Positions 27,671-43,712 of a DNA stretch of 64,000 bases are shown here, piece after piece. Source of the stretch: Octopus vulgaris. Its lineage: Eukaryota. Made by a program: the position numbers and the translations under genes. The stretch's first letter is position 1. Every line of letters begins with the position of its first letter. A model generated the notes under the pieces. That model searched no databases. It was not told where the DNA came from and worked only from the letters and a program-made list of their open reading frames with translations. The stretch spans positions 7,688,001 to 7,752,000 of the forward strand of contig OX597817.1 in the NCBI GenBank assembly GCA_951406725.2. The letters are read 5' to 3'.

Positions 27671-28190
27671 ATTACATGGAAAAAATGCGAGCATGAAAAG
27701 TCATATTCCTATGATTATAAACCTGGAAAAAGTACAGGAAAAGTTATTACACCTGTAAAAGTATAGGACAAGATATATCTTCAAGTAAAGTAAAGAATAA
27801 GAAACCTTTTACTTAAAATATTGCAGAGAAAATTAAAATTTGAATATTAAAAATTATTTTATTATAGTTTACAAATAACACTATACTTATTTATGCAGAA
27901 TTTTGCTACTTTACTACCTTAAATACAGAAAAAGTGACTAATTAGACAAACTTACAAATTAGCTGAACAGTTTTGTACGATAAATTTAAAAGATGAGAAC
28001 TGTAAAGAGCGGTAAATTAGAAGTGGCATTCTTTGCTGCAATAATTTGAAGTAAAAAGTTTCTTCTTCTTTACTTTACTTGAAGTATTAGTTCGTCCTAT
28101 ACTTTTACAGGTGTAAGAACTTGTCCTGTACTTTTCAATGTTTATAATCTTAAGAATATGACTTTTCATGCTCGCATTTTTCCATGTAAT
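27671..28190. mobile_element. MITE-like element with about 155-bp terminal inverted repeats
   Basis: 27671-27826 (ATTACATGGAAAAAATGCGAGCATGAAAAGTCATATTC...) is the imperfect reverse complement of 28036-28190 (...GAATATGACTTTTCATGCTCGCATTTTTCCATGTAAT). Possible TA target duplication. Confidence 0.8.
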
Positions 28191-28210
28191 ATTAGAATTG
28201 ATGTGCTGAA

Positions 28211-28247
<37 letters not shown>

Positions 28248-28511
28248 CAAGAGAGAATATTCGCTGTAAAATAGAAGCTAGTTCCAGTTTGATAAGATCC
28301 TTGTTAGTAATGACAATTTAAAAACTCTTTCTCTGGATAGACAATGGGGATGAATTGGTTTGAAATAGGGTCAAACTTGTCAGACCGATTTCCTCTTTCC
28401 TGCTCAGGGAGAGATTAAGGTATTTCGTTACATTTGTCCCGTTAGTTCTCTTTGTGTTAGCACCCTCCATTGTGTGCGCACACAAACCTGTATATACACA
28501 CAAACACACTC

Positions 28512-28558
<47 letters not shown>

Positions 28559-28607
28559 CATAGATAGATAGATACATAGATAGATAGATACATAGATAGA
28601 TAGATAC

Positions 28608-28722
<115 letters not shown>

Positions 28723-29055
28723 CTGAGAGAGAGATGTATTGACTGGTTGTTCGGTTAGTTAGTTGATTAGTATATCACTTGATTAGTTGGTAGGCTGGTT
28801 GTTTAACTAGCTGATTATCTCTATTATTTAATCTTAGGTCAGAACTAATAGAAGAGGCTTGTAATCAAAAGCGTTTCGGCCATCACTATCTTCTATTCTT
28901 TCCTTTTTGTTTCTTTTTGTGTGTGTGTTTGTTTCTTTCGTCGTGGTGCACCTCTGATATTTCTTGCCTTTTTCCAGACAACAGTGTTAAATTTGAAGGA
29001 GATCTGACTCATCATGTTTACTAGATTCACATAAAGGAGCCTTCGTTGGTTCCTA

Positions 29056-29187
29056 AGATCCCTCCTATGGCTTGCTTGTTTTGTCCACTAGTGTAACGAC
29101 CAGTCAACTAATGAAACTGCCAGTCGAAGAAGCATGCATGCAAAGCATACAATAGTGGATAAAACAAGCAAGCCAAAGGAGGAATCT
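29056..29187. repeat. Imperfect 40-bp inverted repeat next to (TA)n
   Basis: AGATCCCTCCTATGGCTTGCTTGTTTTGTCCACTA versus TAGTGGATAAAACAAGCAAGCCAAAGGAGGAATCT; spacer of about 52 nt. Confidence 0.85.
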
Positions 29188-29818
29188 AAAATATATATAT
29201 ATATATATAATTTCAACAATTGAGGGTAAAATTAATTAATTATTAATCAATTTCACCAAGTGTTCAGTATGTGAGTTGAATTAAGCAAACGCTATATATG
29301 AGAGAGATTTTCTTTAAGTATTAGAAATAGCTTAAAAAAGTTTTTTAGCTGCTATTTCTAATGAGTTCAGTATGCGGCAAAGTAATTTATTTTACTAAGC
29401 CCTTTTATATAATATATATATATATATATATATATGAGTACGCAATACGAACGATGAGTATATGCAATAGCTTGTTCTTCCTGAAGTCGGTCCAGTTCCC
29501 TGTTTGAAGGCGGCGGCAAGCCGTGCAAACTCCGGGCAAAGAAGCTACTGGACCAGCTTAAGTAAACTCTGTGTGTGTGTGTGTGTGTGTGTGTCTGTCT
29601 GTCTGTCTGTTTGTGTCTGTGTGCGTCTGTGAGCGTAATTTTTTTTTCTTTGCATAGTTAGCTGCAGAGACGGTTATCTTATTTTCTCTCTCTTGTTTAT
29701 CTAATTAGCTAGCTCGATGGCTAGTTACTTGGATAGTCAGTTAACTAGATACTTAACGAGACGGAAAAACACGAAGGCATTAGGATATAACTATATATAA
29801 ATACACACACATACATAG

Positions 29819-29856
<38 letters not shown>

Positions 29857-30960
29857 GTGCTTATATATGTTTTTGTATCTTTATATATGTGTGTGCGAGT
29901 GTGTGTGGCCCGAAATGAATACTGATAATATTGGTAATGACGATGATGATGATGCATATGAAAGAGATAACAACACTAATGATTAAGAGGATGGTGATGG
30001 TGGTGGTGGGCTGATAATGATGATGTTGATGATGATGATCCATAAACATAATGGCGATGACTTTTGAGATTATGACGTGGAAGTGGTGCATTGGGCAGGG
30101 ACGATGAGTAAAATGCAAGCGAGAGAATCCAGGTAAGAGAGCATGGAAGTGAGTGTGGGAAAGGAGTAAATGAAGAGTAACAAATAATGACGACTACATA
30201 ATTAAGATGGCAATTAAAGATTATGGTAAATATGATATTAAGTTGATAAATATGATAATTATGGAGAGGCGGGGGTGAATGACTTCACCACGAATTGAAT
30301 TGGATTGTAATCCATTTCACTTCACCGTTATTAATAGAGGTCAGATGGGTATGATTTGAGAGTTGTTCGGTGGCTATTATTTGCAGATAATGAGAGTCCG
30401 TAGAAGCTCCTTCGATGAAGAATTTTAAATGGTCAGTTATATGTAATTTAAGGGACATTTGGCTGCTATTGTTATCCTGTAGAGAGACCACATAGACGCT
30501 CCATTGTTAAAGAAGTGAAATTGCCAATAAGGTATGATTTGAAGGAGATTTGACTGGTAATTTTATCAAGTACAGTGACCTCTGTCGAAGTTCCCTCGTT
30601 GCAGTGGCTGAAAGGCCAGATGGGTGTGCTATTTTTAGCTGCTATTTCTAACAGGCAATGGGATCCTTGTTGGAGAAGTAGTATGTTTAGATGGCCATTT
30701 TGGCTACTTCATCGGTAGCAGTGTCACCTTCTGGACAGGAGAATCTATTCCATCAATATTATTCCAACACCCACCCACATTTTCATCAATATTGCTGTAA
30801 GCAGAGCTGGTGAGAAAAGTCCCCAAAATTTTAACTTCGCGAGTAAAGTTTCTGAATATCTTCAGCTGAACAAGACTACCAGACTTTAGCTGCATTAAAG
30901 TGGATTTTGAGGGATTTACAACTAGACAACTTGATGTGAAATATTTCACTCTCGCTCGCT

Positions 30961-32413
30961 CTCTAGATCGACAACGTCCTAGTTGTCTATTTATCTAACG
31001 AATTATTTCTATCTCTCTTCTTAATCTTCCTTTCTTTTCTTAATTTCACTATATTTCTCTTGAAAATTATAGCTCTGATATAATTTTACATTATTTAATT
31101 GAATGATAAATTAAGCACTTAATCAGTTAATTTTAGAAGAGGGGTGGTATTTGTTTGTGGTCCCATACGATCTGAGTTTAACTCGCCGAGATCGATTTTT
31201 CCTTCCATCATCCGTTGATCGATAATATAAAATGTCAATCAAGTACTGGGGTCGATATAATCGACTAACACCCTCTCTCCAAATTTCCGGTCTTATGTCT
31301 CTGTTAAAATCAATTATATTATGATTGTTCGTCATCAAAAAGAGGGGCAATAGAACACCGAATAAACTACTTCTCAGAGTTCAAATTCCACCGAGGTCAA
31401 TATTGCCTTTAGTCAAGTACTGGGGTCGATTAAATCGACTAACCTCTACTCCTAAACACTGTTGGCTTTGCACTTAAATTAAACATTATTATAAATGCAA
31501 TAGATTTTCAGAATCCATAGATTGTCGGACAAGCAACCCCAACTATAGAACGAAAATAGAGACGTAATCGAAATCTTAAAACACGTTCAGCAATTAAATT
31601 TTCACCTTAACTATGGAACGACTTTGGTGACATAATTAAGATATTGAAGATAAGAAATAAATTTAAATAGCACACCTTCAGCAGCCTCAAGTATGGAATG
31701 AAGTCGTAGACATAATCGAAATTTTGAATGTAGTGAAACAATGTTATAAAGATCTATAAATTTATGCATGAAAATAGAAATAAGAATACTTATAAATCAT
31801 CATTATTTGATTTATAAGTGATCCTTATATATCATATAAGCAAACTTTAGATCAGGCCAGATATATTTGGGACATACGTGTGTGAACTATAAAAGGCCAT
31901 TTCACTGCTGTTTGCCAAGGAGAAAAATTCCCGCTTTAGGCAAAAGGTATAAAGTCACTGTAGTCAGTTCAGAGCGCCCTCTATGGACAGCAAGGTATAT
32001 TTCGAAATTTCTGGGGCTTTTTTATAACCAGATACTAAGCGGGGCAACTCTAAACTGACTGGAAAACTTATTTTCCTTATAAGGGATCAGTAAAAATTAT
32101 CTACCTACTACGCTCTTCGGTCGTACAATATAAATGAGTGGCGTGTGCACTGATCTAAAGTTTGTTTGCTCACTCTCTATGTATTTTGTTCCAACCTGGC
32201 ATTCGAAGTGCGCAATCAGTAGATATATTTTGCTAATCTCTACTTCGCGCGTTAGCCATATATATTTTACATATTTCATAATTAGTCATTATATAGCGTA
32301 GTAAAATGAAAATTAGGGGCTACCCCTTCAAGAGGATTTCTAGATTGATGGAAAGAAGGATAACAGAAACCACCAGTCACAATCTGCTACACTAGGACGT
32401 TGTCGATCTAGAG
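30961..32413. mobile_element. Possible non-autonomous DNA transposon delimited by perfect 23-bp inverted repeats
   Basis: CTCTAGATCGACAACGTCCTAGT (30961-30983) and its exact reverse complement (32391-32413). No TSD or transposase seen. Confidence 0.45.
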
Positions 32414-32538
32414 TTTTAATCAATCTTAAAACGGGAGACCTTGTCCGAATATTTCCAACAGAGTGCATTCGAATAAGGGTAGATATATTCCAAGCGATAG
32501 TTTTAAGCAGGACGATGGGTTAAGCATATCAATCCAGT

Positions 32539-32926
32539 GGATGGAAGCACTCCGTCGGTTACGACGACGAGGGTTCCGGTTGATCCGATCAACGGAACAG
32601 CCTGCTCGTGAAATTAACGTATAAGTGGCTGAGCACTCCACAGACACGTGTACCCTTAACACAGTTCTCGGGGATATTCAGCGTGACACAGAGAGTGACA
32701 AGGCCGGCCCTTTGAAATACAGGAACAACAGAAACAGGAAGTAAGAGTGAGAGAAAGTTGTGGTGAAAGAGTACAGCAGGGATCACCACCATCCCCTGCC
32801 GGAGCCTCGTAGAGCTTTTAGGTGTTTTCGCTCAATAAACACTCACACCGCCCGGTCTGGGAATCGAAACCGCGATCCTACGACTGCGAGTCCGCTGCCC
32901 TAACCACTGGGCCATTGCGCCTCCAC
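32539..32926 (-). mobile_element. SINE C, tail type 2, with 11-bp TSD
   Basis: Head GTGGAGGCGCAATGGCCCAGTGGTTAGGGCAGCGGACTCGC; TSD ATCAATCCAGT at 32528-32538 and 32927-32937. Confidence 0.9.
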
Positions 32927-33310
32927 ATCAATCCAGTATAGATGCAATCAGAAGAGTTTATTCAATTTATTTATATCTTTGTTGGTTGACCATTGTCAGC
33001 GTAGGAAACGTTTCTTCGTCACATTTCTGACGGCGAATAACATAAGAGCGTCGAGTAACTTGATGTAGAATGTAAATCACAACGAACTTCGTTCAAATGA
33101 CACTGTTTTATTTGTTTTACTTTAATTTACTTGCCGTTGTTTACACACACGTGCATGCATTCATATATGTGTGGATGTGTTGGTATGTGTGTGCGCACGC
33201 CACATACGTGTGTATATGTGACCGAGTGTGTGTATGCGTTCTGGCCTTCATATGTGCTTGCATATGTTTGGGCCTGATGATCAAAAATATACACTTGCAC
33301 GCATATCTGT

Positions 33311-33540
33311 TTCTTTATTACCCACAAGGGGCTAAACATAGAGGGGACAAACAGGGACAGACAAACGGATTAAGTCGAGTACATCGACCCCAGTGTGTAA
33401 CTGGTACTTAATTTATCGACCCCGAAAGGATGAAAGGCAAAGTCGACCTCGGCAGAATTTGAACTCAGAACGTAACGACAGACGAAATACGGCCACGCAT
33501 TTCGCCCGGCGTGCTAACGGTTCTGCCAGCTCGCCGCCTT
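33311..33540 (-). mobile_element. SINE B monomer with tail 1
   Basis: Reverse complement of 16041-16270. Confidence 0.88.
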
Positions 33541-33572
33541 TGACATATGTTTGCACGCATAGCTACCCGCAT

Positions 33573-34018
33573 GGTTCATAGTTCATGGTCTCAAGAATTT
33601 GTCTTATGAAGAAAGGCTGAAGACGCTCGACCTTTATTCTCTAGAAAAACGCCGCCGCCGTGGTGATCTCATTCTCGCCCACAGCATCATAAGCGGAAAG
33701 TGTAACCTCTCGAAAGAGCTGTTCTTCACTCCTGCTCCAGAGCGTCGGCTGCGGGGTCATTCCGAAAAGCTCTACCTGCGACGATTTCATCTCAATCGAA
33801 GGAGAGGAGCTTTCTCCGTACAGGTTGGGATCCGTGGAACAAGCTGCCAGACGAGATGGTGAAGATGCCGACGACCGCTTTGTTCAAAGTCTCCCTTGAT
33901 CTCAAGTGGCCTGAACTCTTTACATGAACACCACTCTGTACATAACTCCATGTCCCCCTACATGGCCTTCCTTTTTGCTTTTGAGCCAAAACATTAACTA
34001 ACTAACTAACTAACTAAC
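33573..34018 (+). mobile_element. 5'-truncated CR1-type LINE 3' end
   Basis: SYEERLKTLDLYSLEKRRRRGDLI...LRGHSEKL...RRGAFS is the typical CR1 ORF2 C-terminus; ends in a (CTAA)n tail. Confidence 0.85.
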
Positions 34019-34169
34019 ATATCTTTTAACATGCAACGGACGTTTCCCGATTTACCTTTCAATGGTTAACCCGAGACTACAGCAAAAGATACTTGTCCAA
34101 GAAACTATGTGATTGCGAAACGAACATCTTGATCATACAACGTGTCTTCGCTCCAATACTTTATCTGAC

Positions 34170-35030
34170 TCTTTGAATTCGGACAGTTTTTTTTTTTTTA
34201 CGCTACCATCTTCCTTTTCTTTGTCTTCTTACTCTTGTCAGCCTCTCTTTCTCTTTTCAATGTTTTGCTTATGTTATATTTTTGCTCTATTTAGTTATTT
34301 TGTTTGCTGAAATTTGTAATTCCTACTTTTGTTCGAAAATTCCTTTTGCTTCTCTCTCGCATTTTTTTTTTCTCCTTCATCTTTGTCTTTACATTACCAT
34401 TATTATCCTTTAGTTTGCTTCTATTTCTTCCTTTCCTACTTCATTCTGCTTCTCATTGTTTTTATAATAAAGTTTCTTTTTTTCTTTTTACATCTCTTCA
34501 TTCACTCCTCCTCCTCCTCCTCCTCCACCTTCTCCTCATCTGTTGAATCTTCTTTTACTTCTATCTTCGTTTACTTATTTTTCTCTTTCACCTACTCTGT
34601 TACTTTTCATTTTTCTTTGGCTGATTTTCTTCTCATTCTTCTACTGTCATTTTGTATTATGCTAATTTCTTTACTCCTCTTTTTCTTCTATTTCTTATTC
34701 TTTTCCTCCTCCTCCTCCTCCATCATATTTTACTTCTATGTCAAACTTGTTTGTTCATTTTCTTCATCTTTTTCTCTTTCTTTCTTCTCCGTCTATCGAT
34801 TTTCTTTCTTACTTCTTCGTACTTGTATCTTAATCTTCTACTACTTTTCTTCATCATGGTCTACTCTTTTTGTCTTTATAGCTTCTTATATTTTTCCTTC
34901 TTTTTTTCGATTCTTAGTTTATTGGTTCGTCGGCTAGTTGGTTTTCGTTTTTCTCCTTCGTCTCATTCTTATTCTACTTCCCACCATCTTCAACCTTTTC
35001 TTCTTGCTTTCTCTTTTTCTTCACATATTG
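34170..35030. repeat. Pyrimidine-rich low-complexity tract
   Basis: T/C-rich degenerate (TTC/CTC) sequence. Confidence 0.85.
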
Positions 35031-35262
35031 TCGGTTTTAAGAAAGGACGTCGGTAAATAAATCACCAATTACGGGCAGACTTTTATTCCTCTTCAGCACA
35101 AGAATAAATTGATCAAACAACATATAGACAGACAGGTACATACAAAAATAAACACAAAACTTGTTACCAGTAGTCAGTAGAAAGTTGAACATGGTTAGTC
35201 AATACACACAAACAAACACATACATACATATGTAGAGAGCAAGAGAGAAAGGGTAAAGGAGT

Positions 35263-35498
<236 letters not shown>

Positions 35499-35511
35499 AG
35501 ATAGACTGATT

Positions 35512-35583
<72 letters not shown>

Positions 35584-35985
35584 TGTTTCTTTAGATAGAT
35601 AGATAGATAGATAGATAGATATGTTTCTTTAGATAGATAGATAGATAGATAGATACACACATACATACATAAATAGATAGATATCATTACGACGATGAGT
35701 ATACATATTTATATATGTAACTAGCACTACACGCACCAACGAATATTCCTACGTACGCACACACATATACACACACATATATATATATATTTGCATGTCT
35801 TTATACGTGTATATGCATGTATGTATATGTGTGTGTAGCTGTATATGGGCATGAAGACAGACAACTACATAGCTATTTCATAAGATATATGTTAATATAA
35901 TGTTTCGATACATAAAGATATATTGCTCGATAAGCAATTCTCTACCATAATAAGGCAAATTCACACGCACAAAAACACAGACACT

Positions 35986-36033
<48 letters not shown>

Positions 36034-36086
36034 CATACATACATACATACATAAATTATATATATATTCATACATATATGTATAAA

Positions 36087-40497
<4,411 letters not shown>

Positions 40498-40517
40498 TGT
40501 ATGTATATATATATATA

Positions 40518-40656
40518 TTCTCTGGATCTTTCCTTCTCCTATGTTTCCGACGAAACGTTAAACCCTCCTTCTTTCCCTCTATCCTGAGCGTCCAATAATA
40601 CTATATTTCTTCCACGTCCTCGCGCTGTTGTGTTTTTTGTGCTTTCTCGTTTGGAT

Positions 40657-40660
<4 letters not shown>
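40518..40660 (+). mobile_element. Penelope-type pLTR fragment (hammerhead stem II deleted)
   Basis: CGAAACGTTAAAC...TCCTGAGCGTCCAATAAT...CCACGTCCTCGCG...TTTGGATTAAC followed by (TA)n; homologous to the reverse complement of 59203-59310. Confidence 0.6.
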
Positions 40661-40717
<57 letters not shown>

Positions 40718-40721
<4 letters not shown>

Positions 40722-40932
40722 ACGTTTTTAAATCAAAACTGGACCTCTTCCTGTCGAAAGTCCCAGATGAACCTACCTCACGGCAAGAGGGGTAAATGAC
40801 GGTAACTACATCAAACTCCATTCTTCTCCACGTGCCACATATTAGAGGAGGCTCTCAGTAATAACAGTGTAGCAAAACGGCGGTGCATCAGCATGGCCGC
40901 AGCTCTGAGATGAAACTACAGAAAAAAAAGAA
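40718..40932 (+). mobile_element. 3'-terminal fragment of a related LINE subfamily, inside (TA)n
   Basis: Encodes DVFKSKLDLFLSKVPDEPTSRQE, homologous to 39652-39725, and ends GGCGGTGCATCAGCATGGCCGCAGCTCTGAGATGAAAC. (TA)n on both sides. Confidence 0.85.
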
Positions 40933-41140
40933 TATATATATATATATATATTAAAACATTAAAGACCCGTCGTTGCCGGGTCATAGTGCTAGTGCATGTA
41001 TATATGTGTATATATATGTGTACATATTACATGTACATCTATATATATATACATCTACACATAAAATGCAAAATACAAAGTTATATCTTGATATCGCTAG
41101 TGATAACAATACTCAAAATATATAACAGACTGGAATTGTT

Positions 41141-43050
41141 TTATTCCTACCCACAAGGGGCAACATAGAGGGGACAATACAATCGGGAAAATAAAATAAT
41201 GAATTATGAAGTTTGTACAATGTGGTGTAATGCCCACTCGATCCCCGAAATCGAGCGGTTACATTTCGTCATTTTTTATTCGTCAACAATATTTTCCAAA
41301 TAAAAACATTTTACACATTTTCAACATACATTTCAAAAATTTTACAAAGTTGAACATTTTTTTTTTTCAGAATTTAAAGACCTTTTTATCATTTCCAAAT
41401 TAAAGTTTTCACAATACCTTTTCTTTTATATATACTCCATTATCTCGACCAAATCTTGGTAAATTTCCATCGTTCGTGGCCACCTTGTAAGACGGCATTT
41501 CATATGTTTTGACACGTTCTTGCCAGCTGCCTCGATGAACGCCTCGGCGTTGTTCTCGTGGACGAGTGCACCTGTTTCTTTCCATTCGGTGCCCATCCTG
41601 ACCCACGTATATCCATCTGTTTCGCTTATTAAATCTTCCATCTCCTCACAGTGCCTGTGATGGATCAATGTTCCATAGTATTTGAATCTTTTATTCGTAC
41701 CTGCATTTTCTCTAGTTTTTCTCTTAGGACTTAATTCCTCTTTTTTCTCCTCTCTCGGTTTCTCTCTTTCTCTCTTTTTGCTTTCTCTTCTTTCTTTTTC
41801 CTTCTCTTGTCTTTTAGACTCTTTGTCTGTCGTCTCTCTACCCTGTGCTTTATGTTCCTTTCCTGTTGTTTCTTTTCCTTTTTGCATACCATCTTTTCCT
41901 TTCTCTTGGTTCTGTTCCTTCTCTTGTTCTTTTCCTGTTTTTTCTCTTTCCTTTAATGTACTTTCCTTTTCTTTCTCTTGCTTCTGCCTTGGCTCCTTCT
42001 CCACTACTTCTGCACCCTGTGAATTTTGCTCCTTTTCTACTATCTTCTTCCCTTTGTTTTCATTTTCCTTCAGTGCGCTGTTACTTCCCTTCTCTTGTTG
42101 TTTCTCCGTTATTTCCTTTTCCTTGTTTTCGCTGTTCTTTCCTTCGTATTCGTTTTCCTTCTCTCCACTTTGTGTCTCTTTTTGCTCCGCTGTGAATTCA
42201 TACAGCGGACATTCCTTTTTTATGTGCCCTCTTGATCCGCACAGGTAGCAATTCGGTTTTCTGCCCTCCACTATTACAATAATTGTTTTCTCGTTTTCTA
42301 TTTCTATTTGGAAGGGAAACCTTTCGATGTCTTCCATTGTGGCCATTAGCCACAACTCTACTCCGAATCCCTTCCAATTTACAACGTTCGTCTCCTTGAT
42401 TGACCCTATTTCTACTTCCTCCTTTGCTGCCCCAATAATGGCTGTTACCAGCATTTCTGTTTTAATTTCTGGGGGCACCTTTGGGACTCTTACCCGTACT
42501 CCTCGTCTTCCTTTATACGTCGGCCACATAGTGAAATTTTCGGCTTTCAGGACAGTGGAAGCTAATGAGGCCGCCACTTCCTTTGTTGCGCATCTCACCT
42601 CCACCGTCCCATATTTCTTTCCTCTGTCTACAAAAGTCGCTTTTTTCATGATGTCCCCCAGACATTTCTCTATTTCTTCAATCGCCACTCTCACCAGTTT
42701 TCTCGTGTTCCTGTCTTGCGTTCTATACGTTATCGTCTTGTTATTTCTCTCCTCTATTGTTTCCACAGGCGGGACCAGCTTCACGCTGTCACCCTCCCTT
42801 TTGACGAACTTCTCGTATTCCTTCAATTGTTCTTTTCTAAAGAACACTTCTCTTATTCTAAGAGACTCGTCACTTTTTGTTGTGGCGACCCCCGCGTAAG
42901 TCTCCATGACTTGAGGGTCGACACACCTTCTATAAAAGGTTCACACACGCAGCGGCAGACGCCTCGCGCGATTCAATTTTTTGACAATTTTTTAACAGTT
43001 TTTTTTCCAAATTTTTCACATACAAAATAACTAACCAACACACTCAATAA
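41141..43050 (-). mobile_element. Complete non-autonomous ORF1-only (HAL1-like) retroposon with 14-bp TSD
   Basis: Flanked by identical AGACTGGAATTGTT at 41127-41140 and 43051-43064. Contains a 143-nt 5' UTR, one 493-aa ORF and a 285-nt 3' UTR ending ...CCCCTTGTGGGTAGGAATAA. There is no space for an RT. Confidence 0.85.
41426..42907 (-). CDS. L1/Tx1-type ORF1 (Gag-like) nucleic-acid-binding protein, 493 aa, intact
   Basis: N-terminal TYAGVA (SYAxxA-like) motif, an RRM-like alpha/beta region, the CCHC zinc knuckle CYLCGSRGHIKKEC, a long K/E-rich linker and a C-terminal region of about 85 aa. No stops or frameshifts. Confidence 0.85.
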   Translation of the reverse strand: METYAGVATTKSDESLRIREVFFRKEQLKEYEKFVKREGDSVKLVPPVETIEERNNKTITYRTQDRNTRKLVRVAIEEIEKCLGDIMKKATFVDRGKKYGTVEVRCATKEVAASLASTVLKAENFTMWPTYKGRRGVRVRVPKVPPEIKTEMLVTAIIGAAKEEVEIGSIKETNVVNWKGFGVELWLMATMEDIERFPFQIEIENEKTIIVIVEGRKPNCYLCGSRGHIKKECPLYEFTAEQKETQSGEKENEYEGKNSENKEKEITEKQQEKGSNSALKENENKGKKIVEKEQNSQGAEVVEKEPRQKQEKEKESTLKEREKTGKEQEKEQNQEKGKDGMQKGKETTGKEHKAQGRETTDKESKRQEKEKERRESKKREREKPREEKKEELSPKRKTRENAGTNKRFKYYGTLIHHRHCEEMEDLISETDGYTWVRMGTEWKETGALVHENNAEAFIEAAGKNVSKHMKCRLTRWPRTMEIYQDLVEIMEYI

Positions 43051-43329
43051 AGACTGGAATTGTTAGCTCTTTTTTTTTCTCTACATTGTATACTTTATAG
43101 ACAATAGTCTTTTCTTTAATTTTTTATTATCCATCTCGACTATTCCATTTCTGCACGCTAATTATATTTTTAATTTATTCCCATTCATGTGAAACCACTT
43201 ATTTAAGTTCAAATTATTGATGCAATTTTATACCAATTGCTATTTTTACTTTTGTATGTTACGATTATATTGTACTTTAGTTTGATTTTAATTATTACTT
43301 ACTATATATAATTCAATTGTTATTATTAT

Positions 43330-43597
43330 TTTTATTGTTAAAGTGAAAGCATCTGACATAAAATAGAGAAATATTTTTGTTTCACTTTTAACACGTAATA
43401 CTGAAATAATGGAGAAGATATGCTATTGCTATGGGCCCGCTCTAGGCAAGAAGTTGAACATTTTGTTTTCCCATGAAACTACATGGACCCTAAGTAAGGC
43501 TTGTGTAAAATTTGAATGAAATTGGTTGGGTAGTTCTCAAGTTTTAGGGAAACATACAGACAGACAGGCACACATTCTCAGTTTTATATATATAAAG

Positions 43598-43598
<1 letters not shown>
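43330..43598 (-). mobile_element. Helitron-like 5' end fragment
   Basis: Minus strand A|TCTTTATATATATAAAACTGAGAATGTGTGCCTGTCTGTCTG resembles the 5' end at 11228. The 3' end was not located. Confidence 0.5.
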
Positions 43599-43653
<55 letters not shown>

Positions 43654-43676
43654 ATGTATGTATGTATGTATATATA

Positions 43677-43712
<36 letters not shown>

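Noticed and set aside
34304-35056. Hydrophobic 134-202 aa ORFs resembling membrane proteins
   Set aside because: They arise from a T/C-rich low-complexity tract; no splice or homology support.
41426-42907. ORF as an LTR-retrotransposon gag or a domesticated host gene
   Set aside because: No LTRs, PBS or protease. The 14-bp TSD and SINE-shared tail point to non-LTR retroposition.
41682-43030. Plus-strand ORFs of 104-190 aa overlapping the ORF1 gene
   Set aside because: Antisense shadows of a purine-rich coding strand; S/F/L-rich with no motifs.
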